A stretch of 43,503 nucleotides of DNA from a virus. Taxonomy: Duplodnaviria > Caudoviricetes. A model generated the notes under the pieces. It made no database searches, was not told the origin of the DNA, and worked only from the letters and a program-made list of their open reading frames with translations. The stretch is from the IMG/VR virus record IMGVR_UViG_3300032218_004264, positions 1 through 43,503 of that record; one strand, given 5' to 3'. Of this stretch, positions 24,642-32,116 are shown in pieces. The position numbers were made by a program, and so were the translations under genes. Numbering within the stretch: the stretch's first letter is position 1; each line of letters begins with the position of its first letter.

Positions 24642-25144
24642 ACACATCCCGCTACATCAAGACCAACGCCTACGGCTCGAGCATCGTCATCCTCGCTGTC
24701 GTGTTCCTCTGCCTGTGGCTGCTCACCGGCTGCGCCTCCCCGTCGTCCGATCGGGCCGTCCACACGAAGGTCCTCGGCGAGCGGGTCGAGCGCACCGCCA
24801 CGACCACGGAGTACGTGCCGCCCACCACCACGACGGTGTACGTCCCGCCGCCCACCGCCGCTCCCTCGCCCTCGCCCGCCGATCGGGCGTACGCCCTCCT
24901 CATCACCGACATCCCCGTCCTCGCCCGCAACACCCGGGCCGATGTCGAGGACATGCTCGGCACGGTGTGTGAGGTCATCGACGAGCAGGGCGGCGACTTC
25001 GACTTGGCGGGTTCCGTCATCGTCGCCTCGTCGGTCGGATCGTTCGACTTCGACTACGGCGATGCGGGCACCATCCTCGGAGCGGCGGTCGTCATCCGCT
25101 GTCCGGAGTGGGCGTCCGCTGCTGCCGACTTCGCTGGTTCCTGA
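24638..25144 (+). CDS. putative lipoprotein
   Basis: hydrophobic N-terminus with lipobox LTGC, T/P-rich linker, C...CP domain. Confidence 0.75.
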   Translation: MNTSRYIKTNAYGSSIVILAVVFLCLWLLTGCASPSSDRAVHTKVLGERVERTATTTEYVPPTTTTVYVPPPTAAPSPSPADRAYALLITDIPVLARNTRADVEDMLGTVCEVIDEQGGDFDLAGSVIVASSVGSFDFDYGDAGTILGAAVVIRCPEWASAAADFAGS

Positions 25145-25260
25145 TGGGCATCATCAAGAAGCCGTACTGCCCGGGCTGCCACAAGCCGCTCGTACTGCTC
25201 GACGACGTGCGTCGCAAGCGATGCGAGTCGTGCGAGGAGAAGCGACACCTCCACCCGTGA
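25144..25260 (+). CDS. 38-aa Zn-finger peptide
   Basis: CPGC...CESC; TGATG coupling. Confidence 0.6.
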   Translation: MGIIKKPYCPGCHKPLVLLDDVRRKRCESCEEKRHLHP

Positions 25261-25271
25261 AAGAAGGACCG

Positions 25272-25463
25272 ATGAACGACGAGTTGTACCGAGGAGGCAC
25301 CAACACGCCTCTCGGCAAGTACGACAACGGGCACTTCGTCTTCACGCCCTCCACCCCCAGCCCCGTCCGCCACGAAGCGACCGGCTGCGGTGCGTGGACG
25401 ATGGTGCTGATGTTCGGAACGATCTGCTTCCTCTCCGGCCTGCTCATCGGACTGTGGTTCTGA
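25272..25463 (+). CDS. small membrane protein
   Basis: GAAGGA SD; C-terminal TM helix. Confidence 0.65.
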   Translation: MNDELYRGGTNTPLGKYDNGHFVFTPSTPSPVRHEATGCGAWTMVLMFGTICFLSGLLIGLWF

Positions 25464-25816
25464 TGCCGACGGATCGAGTCGACCTCGACGTCAACGTCAC
25501 CGACCACACCCAGCCGTCCCTCGCCGCCCTACAGGAGCGCATCGCACGTATGGAACCAGCCAACTCCATCAAGCCCCTCGACGCTGAGGACACCATCGTC
25601 TGCTACGACGACGGACGGGTGTTCCGACTGGACTGCTCATACGATCCGGCCACTTGCACCCTTTCGTTCAAAGCGCCGAAGAAGGGACGCATCATCGAAC
25701 TGCTCGTGCAGCCGGGTACGACGATCGGCGTGTCCACGTGGGTGTCCCTGTGGATGGAACGGCCGCGCTTCGCTCGCAAGGGCGAGAGGGTCGTACTGCG
25801 AGTCGAGGACAACTGA
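25463..25816 (+). CDS. hypothetical protein
   Basis: TGATG coupling at both ends. Confidence 0.7.
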   Translation: MPTDRVDLDVNVTDHTQPSLAALQERIARMEPANSIKPLDAEDTIVCYDDGRVFRLDCSYDPATCTLSFKAPKKGRIIELLVQPGTTIGVSTWVSLWMERPRFARKGERVVLRVEDN

Positions 25817-26082
25817 TGGCCTGCGATGAGTGTGCGATGAACCGGCAAGCCCTCGAGGAAGCCAACAGTCAAGTCCGTCATCTCGAGCAGGTCCTCTCGA
25901 AGCGGGGGTCCCGCAGCGACGAGGCGATGGACATGAATCGCATCCTCCATCAGGAGATCGCTACGCTTCGTAGTCGGCTCGAGCAGGGCGAGCAGGTACT
26001 TGCTGCTGCACAGGGTCGGCTCGTCGATGTGCGGGCCAGCATCGAGCAGATCCGTGTTCGCCTACAGGATGCCCTCCGATAG
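25816..26082 (+). CDS. coiled-coil protein with N-terminal CxxC
   Basis: TGATG coupling; heptad-like pattern. Confidence 0.7.
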   Translation: MACDECAMNRQALEEANSQVRHLEQVLSKRGSRSDEAMDMNRILHQEIATLRSRLEQGEQVLAAAQGRLVDVRASIEQIRVRLQDALR

Positions 26083-26145
26083 AGGGTCGCACTTACCTCT
26101 GCTTCACCCTTCCGACAAGGGATGCAGAAAAAGTTCCGCTTCGAC

Positions 26146-26174
26146 TTGACGCAGGTGACCAGCACCTGTAAAGT
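26146..26174 (+). promoter_or_regulatory. SigA-type promoter TTGACG-17-TAAAGT
   Basis: canonical spacing. Confidence 0.7.
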
Positions 26175-26244
26175 GATCCTCAACAGCCCCCCACAAGGGC
26201 GACCCTACTGGCACATACCGCTACTACGAAAGGCCAATCCCCAG

Positions 26245-27063
26245 ATGGCTCGAGTCCTCACCGCATACAAGTTCCGTACCGTCGGCTCCCACCGCAAGCG
26301 CCTCTACCCGTGGGACGAGTGGACCGACGGACGCACGTGGAAGGCAACGTCCGGCAAGGACTTCGCCACCCCCGCTGAGTCGTTCCGCACCACCCTCCAC
26401 AGCCACGCCCGGCGCAACGGCCTCGCCGTCCGCTCCGAGGTCATCGTCGAGGGCAGCGGCCCCACCCGACGTACCCACGTCGTGTTCCAGTTCGAGTCCG
26501 CCTCCACCAAGGTGACCCGTCCTGCCAAGGCGACCGACTCGACGAACACCAGCAAGGGGCGCACCCCTCGTGCCCGCTCGACCCGACGGATCAACGCCGT
26601 CTGCGAGGCGTACCAGTCCGGCCTCTCCCTCAAGGAGGTCGGCACCAAGTACGGGATGCACCCGACACAGGTCCGACAGGTCCTCGTCGCCAACGGCATC
26701 GAGCGACGGGCAAAGGGGTCCGGCCCCTCCCCTGCCCGAGCCACCGCCATCGCCACTCGCAACGCAGCGATCCTCGAGGCGTACGCCAACGGCGAGACCG
26801 CCAACACCATCGCCGAGCGATACGGCATCGGTGACGCCACCGTCTACAACATCGTCAAGCAGGCGGGCTACACCCGACGGATGAGCCACCCCAAGCGGTC
26901 GCTCCTCGAGCAGCGCATCGTCACCGACTACAAGAAGGGCCTCACCCTCCGAGAAGTCGCCGACAAGCACGGCGTCAACCGAGAGAAGGTCCGACGCATC
27001 CTCATCGACCACAACGTCACCCGACGTCCCAACCCGGTCATCGCCCAGCCACGCAAGGGCTGA
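26245..27063 (+). CDS. YPW-domain protein fused to three HTH repeats
   Basis: YPWDEWTDG..W...GKDF N-terminus; three Y..G.(S/T)..E(V/I)..(K/R)(Y/H)G HTH units. Confidence 0.8.
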   Translation: MARVLTAYKFRTVGSHRKRLYPWDEWTDGRTWKATSGKDFATPAESFRTTLHSHARRNGLAVRSEVIVEGSGPTRRTHVVFQFESASTKVTRPAKATDSTNTSKGRTPRARSTRRINAVCEAYQSGLSLKEVGTKYGMHPTQVRQVLVANGIERRAKGSGPSPARATAIATRNAAILEAYANGETANTIAERYGIGDATVYNIVKQAGYTRRMSHPKRSLLEQRIVTDYKKGLTLREVADKHGVNREKVRRILIDHNVTRRPNPVIAQPRKG

Positions 27064-27107
27064 CCCCACCAACCCCATCAACCCCCCAGCGAAAGGCAAG
27101 TACCCCA

Positions 27108-27365
27108 ATGGCAGAGCGACTCGAAGTCTTCGACTTCCCGAAGCACGGTCGTCCCTACAAGTACGAGTGGAAGTCGTGGGCCGACGGCCAGCCGTGGAAG
27201 TTGGTCCACGGTAAGGACTTCACCGTCGGCATCGAGACGATGCGCACCAACGCCCGCTCGTACGCCGTCAAGAACGGCTACAAGGTCAAGACCGCCATCG
27301 TCGACGACGGCACCGCCCTCGTCATCCAGTTCGCCGTCACCGACTCGCTCAAGGCAAGCAAGTGA
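27108..27365 (+). CDS. stand-alone YxW-domain protein, paralog of upstream N-terminal domain
   Basis: YEWKSWADGQPW....GKDF...VIQF. Confidence 0.8.
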   Translation: MAERLEVFDFPKHGRPYKYEWKSWADGQPWKLVHGKDFTVGIETMRTNARSYAVKNGYKVKTAIVDDGTALVIQFAVTDSLKASK

Positions 27366-27417
27366 CGACACCCCCCGTGGGCTGATACCGAGCCGCCCGC
27401 TCACCATCAGCCCACCC

Positions 27418-27466
27418 GTTCGAGGGGTCGGTCCAAGGTCCCCTGCCTCCGACCGACCCCTCGAAC
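27418..27466. terminator. long inverted repeat
   Basis: GTTCGAGGGGTCGGTC...GACCGACCCCTCGAAC. Confidence 0.6.
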
Positions 27467-27478
27467 ACCCTCTCTCCG

Positions 27479-27697
27479 ATGGACGCACCCACCATCCTCA
27501 CCCGGATCGTCGAACACATCGAGCAGACTGGCCGTCCCCCCACAATCAGGACGATGGCCCTGCTCATCGGCTGCTCCATCGGCACTGCGCACAACCTCAT
27601 CGCTGCCCTCCAACAGCGGGGATACATCGAGTACGCAGGATCAACCCGCTCCATCACCCTCACCCAAGCAGGCCTCCAACACATCGGACGCATCTAA
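27479..27697 (+). CDS. LexA-type winged-helix DNA-binding domain only (no peptidase)
   Basis: I..HI..TGRPPTIR..A..IG.S..T....I.AL...GYI....S.RSI matches the LexA N-terminal domain. Confidence 0.8.
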   Translation: MDAPTILTRIVEHIEQTGRPPTIRTMALLIGCSIGTAHNLIAALQQRGYIEYAGSTRSITLTQAGLQHIGRI

Positions 27698-27734
27698 TCC
27701 CGGCACACCCCTACACCTGTGCCAAGATGCGCCA

Positions 27735-28418
27735 ATGGACTACGGGCCCACCGACCCAGCAACCGACGCCGTTGACTCCTGCTTGACGCTGCTCAGCACC
27801 GCCAAGACCCAACTCGTCGCAACCGACGGCATCGGCAGCGAACTCCTACCCACCATCATCGGCTGGGAAGGAGACAGCGTCATCGGGTACGCCATCCTCC
27901 ACGAAGCACCCCCCACCCCCGCCCACCTCTACAGAACCATCGCTCAAGCAGCAGGCCTGATGGTCACGGGCTGGCACGCAACCGGACTCGCCATCAGCAC
28001 CGAGGGCTACTGCGCACCCGCCAACCCGTTTCCCGAACCCGACGACAACCAGCACCTTGCCGAGCGATACCCGACCGACCCCACCGTCAACGAAGCACTC
28101 TGGGTCGCATACGCCGATCGACTCGGCAACGCAGCGATGGGAGTCCTCACCTTCCAGCAACACGTCGGACGCACCGTCACCTACGACGAACCCGTCTACA
28201 CCTCACCCGACCAACTCGCCGACTTCGACGTGAAGGGCACACTCCCCTACGTCCTGCGCTCAGCGTTCACCAACCTCAACCCCACTCCGCTTCCGACCAA
28301 CGCTTCCCTCCAAGGCTGTCGAGAAGTGATCGCTGAACACATCCACCAACTCGGCTTCACCGTCTACCTCGACGGTAGCGACTACTGGACGATCCCCGCT
28401 CAGCCACCCGCTCCCTGA
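27735..28418 (+). CDS. hypothetical protein
   Basis: 227-aa ORF with normal composition. Confidence 0.75.
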   Translation: MDYGPTDPATDAVDSCLTLLSTAKTQLVATDGIGSELLPTIIGWEGDSVIGYAILHEAPPTPAHLYRTIAQAAGLMVTGWHATGLAISTEGYCAPANPFPEPDDNQHLAERYPTDPTVNEALWVAYADRLGNAAMGVLTFQQHVGRTVTYDEPVYTSPDQLADFDVKGTLPYVLRSAFTNLNPTPLPTNASLQGCREVIAEHIHQLGFTVYLDGSDYWTIPAQPPAP

Positions 28419-28645
28419 TCCGGCCAACACACCGGACCGTTCCTCCTCCTCGAGCGCCCCTCCCTCCCAGTCCCGACTGGGCAAGGTCGAGGGGCGTCGT
28501 CGCGTCTGAACGAACAGGAGAGGAGGGGGGGGTAGGGGGGGTGTACCCCGTAGCCCCGCTCGCAAAAAGTCGTGCGACGTGCTCGTCGCTGGGGGAGTGT
28601 GTGGTGGTGGTGGTGGTGGGTTGGTTGGTTTGTTTGGTGTGAACG

Positions 28646-28719
28646 TGGCTCCGGGGCAGGGATTCGAACCCCGACTGAGAGGACCAAAGCCTCTGGTGCT
28701 GCCGTTACACTACCCCGGA
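28646..28719 (-). tRNA. tRNA-Gln(TTG), CCA encoded
   Basis: TCCGGGG/CCCCGGA stem, AGAGG-CTTTGGT-CCTCT arm, GGTTCGAATCC. Confidence 0.93.
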
Positions 28720-28772
28720 TCGGGTGGTTTCGTTTGTTTGGTGTGAACTTGTGGGGTTGTGTCGTTGGTGGG

Positions 28773-29318
28773 TTAGTTGGTGGTGCCGGTGACGGTGGCG
28801 ATGTCTTCGCGGTCGGCGCCGAGCATGATGAGGATGAGGCGGGCTTGGTAGGGGTTGGTGGTGCGGAGTACGAAGGTGGCGCTGCTGAAGGTGTCGTGGG
28901 GGGTGCGGTGTATGTGGAGGGTGCTGCCGGGCCATTGTTCGTTGTTTTGGAGGGTTTGGGCGAGGCGTCCTTCGGGGTGGGTTTGTCGGAGGACGCGTTC
29001 GGCGTCGGCGATGGGTCCGGGTTCGGGGGGGATGATGCCGTGGTGTCGGAGGATGTGGATGAGGGCGGTGTGCCGGTCGGTCCATCGGGAGATGATGTGG
29101 GTGCCGGGGAGGGTGAATCCGTGGTCGGCGGCGGCTTCGATGGTGAGGTCGTCGATGGGGTGGGGTCCGTCGCCGTGTTCGGCGAGGTCGGGTGAGTAGA
29201 GGAACCGGATGCCGGTCTCGGGGACGTGGACGGCGAGGTACGGTTCGGGGGCGTGGGCGATGGGGTCGTCGGTGGGGGTGACGGCGTAGAGGACGCCGTG
29301 ATGCCAGTGTCCGTCCAT
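28773..29318 (-). CDS. hypothetical protein
   Basis: AGGGA SD; the only non-biased frame here. Confidence 0.65.
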   Translation of the reverse strand: MDGHWHHGVLYAVTPTDDPIAHAPEPYLAVHVPETGIRFLYSPDLAEHGDGPHPIDDLTIEAAADHGFTLPGTHIISRWTDRHTALIHILRHHGIIPPEPGPIADAERVLRQTHPEGRLAQTLQNNEQWPGSTLHIHRTPHDTFSSATFVLRTTNPYQARLILIMLGADREDIATVTGTTN

Positions 29319-29357
29319 CGGTGTGTCCCTGTGTTCGCCGGGTGTGGTGTTGTGATG

Positions 29358-29921
29358 TTAGTGGTTCTGTGTATCGGCGAGCCAGCGTTGGAGGGCTTGG
29401 CGGGGGGTGACAAGCCGGTCGATGCGCAGGTTGTGGCAGGCGGTCCAGAAGCGGATGCCGTTGCTGGGGTCGATGTCGCCTGTGCGACGGAGGGGGGCTC
29501 GGTCGACTTGGGCGAGGCTCGCCGCACCACAGATGTATCCCGTATGGAAAGCGGTGATGCCGGTGGGAATATCGCGTGGGCGTTGAAGGCTCACGAATAG
29601 GTAATAGTTAGGGCGTTGGTGGTCGTGGTTGTATTGGGGGACGGAGCACTCGTAGTGGGCTTTGGGAGCGACGGTCCGATCCTTGGTCTTGACGTCGAGC
29701 GTGTGCCCGACCGGGAACCGCAGGTCGTGGGTGGTCGTGTCGTCGTGGACGAATCGGAGCCCGTTGCCGGTGAGAAACTCGAGCGCTAACACCTCACCGA
29801 GAGCACCGACGACATTCGCGGGAGCGCCGCGATGCGACCCCCGGTACGTCGGCCGCTCGTCGCAGAGCCGTTGCGCGTCCGCCCGATGCGCGTCCGTGAT
29901 CCGAACCCGAACGAGTTGCAC
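29358..29921 (-). CDS. PD-(D/E)xK-like nuclease
   Basis: GALGE...HD...LDVKTK...YLFVSL...CG pattern. Confidence 0.7.
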   Translation of the reverse strand: MQLVRVRITDAHRADAQRLCDERPTYRGSHRGAPANVVGALGEVLALEFLTGNGLRFVHDDTTTHDLRFPVGHTLDVKTKDRTVAPKAHYECSVPQYNHDHQRPNYYLFVSLQRPRDIPTGITAFHTGYICGAASLAQVDRAPLRRTGDIDPSNGIRFWTACHNLRIDRLVTPRQALQRWLADTQNH

Positions 29922-29929
29922 GGATCCGG

Positions 29930-30028
29930 TCAGCGGGAGAGGACGAGCATGCAGTAGGTGGCGTAGCCGATGATGCCGAGGACCGCCACACCAATGATGA
30001 GCACAGCCAGATCGTTGTTTTGATCCAT
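29930..30028 (-). CDS. 32-aa membrane peptide
   Basis: MDQNNDLAVLIIGVAVLGIIGYATYCMLVLSR fills the gap. Confidence 0.55.
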   Translation of the reverse strand: MDQNNDLAVLIIGVAVLGIIGYATYCMLVLSR

Positions 30029-30034
30029 CTGAAC

Positions 30035-30256
30035 TTACCCGCCGCGGTACTTGCGCTTGCTCGGGATGAGCACCGGGGGCGTGTCGTACGCCGTGCTGCT
30101 CGTGCCTCCCTTGCCGGTCGACCACACGCCGAGCGCGGTGCGCTCCGAACGCGGGTTCGCGTCGACGTCCTTGACGTGCTCAGAGAGACGGATCGAGTGC
30201 TCCTGCGCCGTCATCCCCTTGATGCGGCCGATCGTCGCTGCTCGTCGCTGTTTCAT
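30035..30256 (-). CDS. basic hypothetical protein
   Basis: GGAG SD; start uncertain, overlaps next ORF. Confidence 0.5.
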   Translation of the reverse strand: MKQRRAATIGRIKGMTAQEHSIRLSEHVKDVDANPRSERTALGVWSTGKGGTSSTAYDTPPVLIPSKRKYRGG

Positions 30257-30494
30257 CGTGTGGCTCCGTAATGAGGTCAGTGACCCGTTGGAGATCTCCG
30301 TTGGGTCGACGTTTCGTGATGCAACCTGCGCAGGCGGCAACGGCACCGATCGTACTGGGGATGCTCTGATCGTTCCAGTATTTCGTCGCGATGTTTGTCG
30401 GCATGTGAACGATGTGCCCGCACTCGAACGTGACGACCGCTCGCGCCGGGTTCGTGCTGGTGCCGGGCCGTTGCCCGTCGGCGCGTACGAACAT
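30180..30494 (-). CDS. Zn-ribbon hypothetical protein
   Basis: TGATG coupling to SLT gene; FECGH...CAGC. Confidence 0.55.
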   Translation of the reverse strand: MFVRADGQRPGTSTNPARAVVTFECGHIVHMPTNIATKYWNDQSIPSTIGAVAACAGCITKRRPNGDLQRVTDLITEPHDETATSSDDRPHQGDDGAGALDPSL

Positions 30495-31126
30495 CAGAGG
30501 CGCCACGGTCCGGGTCCGCTCGACGCGTAGAGGTTCGCTGCGACGATGATGTTCGGCTCGGCCGACCATGCGTCGGGGTGGAACGAGAACCCGGCAGCGG
30601 TGAAGAGGCCCGCATGCCCGCTCCACAACTGGAAGATGCCCGCACATCCCGTCGAACTCGTGACGTCGGGTCGGCAGTTCGACTCGCGCCATGCGATGCC
30701 GATCGCCCAGTTGGCGACGTCGACCCCGAAGCGGTCCCAGTGCTTGTGGATGAGATCGACGATCTCGGCCGGGCAGCGGGTGGTGGGGGCGGAGCGCACG
30801 ACCGGCGCGCTCGGCGTGGCGGATCGTTGTGTGGCGCGTGCGGCGGCTGCGGCTCGCGCAGCGGTTTCGGCTTGCGCTTTGGCGGCGGCCTCGTTCTGAG
30901 CGACCGTGTTCTGCCAGAGGATGATGGCGCTCAGCGGCTCGTTGATGCCTTCGAGGCTCGAGCCGGGAACCTGCACGGGTCGGGAGGCGGCGATGGACTG
31001 TCGGGGGCTTGTCTCGGGTGCGGCGGACTTGGTGTCTGCGACCAAGAACGTGAGCCACGCGATGGTGGTGAGCAGTAGCAGGATGAAAATGGCTTTCCGA
31101 ATTTGGGTATGGGTATGCGCGGGCAT
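30494..31126 (-). CDS. membrane-anchored lytic transglycosylase (SLT/Rpf-like)
   Basis: N-terminal TM; IAWRES (catalytic Glu), AGIFQL, NI..A..LY..SG..PW. Confidence 0.88.
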   Translation of the reverse strand: MPAHTHTQIRKAIFILLLLTTIAWLTFLVADTKSAAPETSPRQSIAASRPVQVPGSSLEGINEPLSAIILWQNTVAQNEAAAKAQAETAARAAAAARATQRSATPSAPVVRSAPTTRCPAEIVDLIHKHWDRFGVDVANWAIGIAWRESNCRPDVTSSTGCAGIFQLWSGHAGLFTAAGFSFHPDAWSAEPNIIVAANLYASSGPGPWRL

Positions 31127-31345
31127 AGCGACTCCTCGCTCGGGGAACAGGGGCGCTCGCCTCATGGGCGAGGTCGACCGAAGCCGACGACCGCTGCTAC
31201 ATCTGTTGGGATCGCATCCGATTGGCGGTAGCGATCACGCTTCTACAGTGCTGCTTGCGGTTCGTGGTTCATCTTACCAGACTGCGTCATCGAGTCAACG
31301 ATTGTGCCGATGTAACCACGTAGCGTGATGACAGCCTGTGGATAA

Positions 31346-31660
31346 CTACTTGGTAGTGGTATCGGCGTCGGAATCATCGAAACCGAGCGCCTTCTCGAGG
31401 GTTGCGACGTACTCGTCCACGGCCGGGTACACGGTTTCGAGGACGTTCCGTACGATGCAGACCTCGCAGTGGAACCGCTCCTCGTAGACCTCGATCGAGT
31501 GGTCCTCGAACTCCTGCCACTCCGGGCTGCCGCCGGGAGCGTCCGGTTCTTTCAGGTCGGCGAGGGCCATGAGCGCTTCGGCGCTCTTCACGAGGGCGTC
31601 GAACCGTTCCTCGAACTTGAGGCGAGCGGCGATGATGTCGTTACGTGTGAACTGCGTCAT
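31346..31660 (-). CDS. hypothetical protein, probably leaderless
   Basis: TTCACA-17-TATGGT, then 6 nt, then ATG; HCEVC motif. Confidence 0.7.
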   Translation of the reverse strand: MTQFTRNDIIAARLKFEERFDALVKSAEALMALADLKEPDAPGGSPEWQEFEDHSIEVYEERFHCEVCIVRNVLETVYPAVDEYVATLEKALGFDDSDADTTTK

Positions 31661-31718
31661 AGCGCCACCATACTGCGCGTGAGCGTCGATGTGAAGGATT
31701 TCCCGGTACACTCATGGG

Positions 31719-32027
31719 ATGGATGACGCCATCGAGGGGCAATACGCCGACATGCTGTTCGACGGCGTGCGGATCGTGCGAGCGAACCGGCAGCCCTGCA
31801 TCGTGTGCGGCCACCCGACCGGCGACTGCGCCGACAATTTTCCGGCTCCCGCCCGCATCGTCGGCGACAACGTCGAGGTCGCGGAACGCAAGCCGTTCGA
31901 CGTGCTCGTGCCGGAGAGCATCTACGAGGAACGCCAGATCACGCCGTTCACGCGAGCGCGCGTCCTCGTCGCCGCTGCGGGCACGTACGTGACGCAAGAT
32001 CGGGCACGCGATCTCGGGATCATTTGA
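31719..32027 (+). CDS. hypothetical protein with CxxCGHxxGDC motif
   Basis: ORF directly upstream of nrdJ. Confidence 0.7.
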   Translation: MDDAIEGQYADMLFDGVRIVRANRQPCIVCGHPTGDCADNFPAPARIVGDNVEVAERKPFDVLVPESIYEERQITPFTRARVLVAAAGTYVTQDRARDLGII

Positions 32028-32116
32028 CCCGATCGACTGTCGCTACAGATCGCTAACGCACTGTATGGTTGATCCTCCGTGCGGCAGGGGCCGCGCTTAG
32101 GTCGAGGAGCATCCCG

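Noticed and set aside
27418-27466. GGGGTCGGTC resembling the promoter motif
   Set aside because: Part of a 16-bp inverted repeat with no -10 box at the required distance.
28400-29530. 376-aa Pro/Thr/Ser-rich ORF and Gly/Val-rich plus-strand ORFs
   Set aside because: Artefacts of strand skew; they overlap tRNA-Gln and a better ORF.
31127-31265. c-di-AMP (ydaO) riboswitch upstream of the transglycosylase
   Set aside because: Characteristic conserved segments not seen; kept only as an unidentified structured leader.
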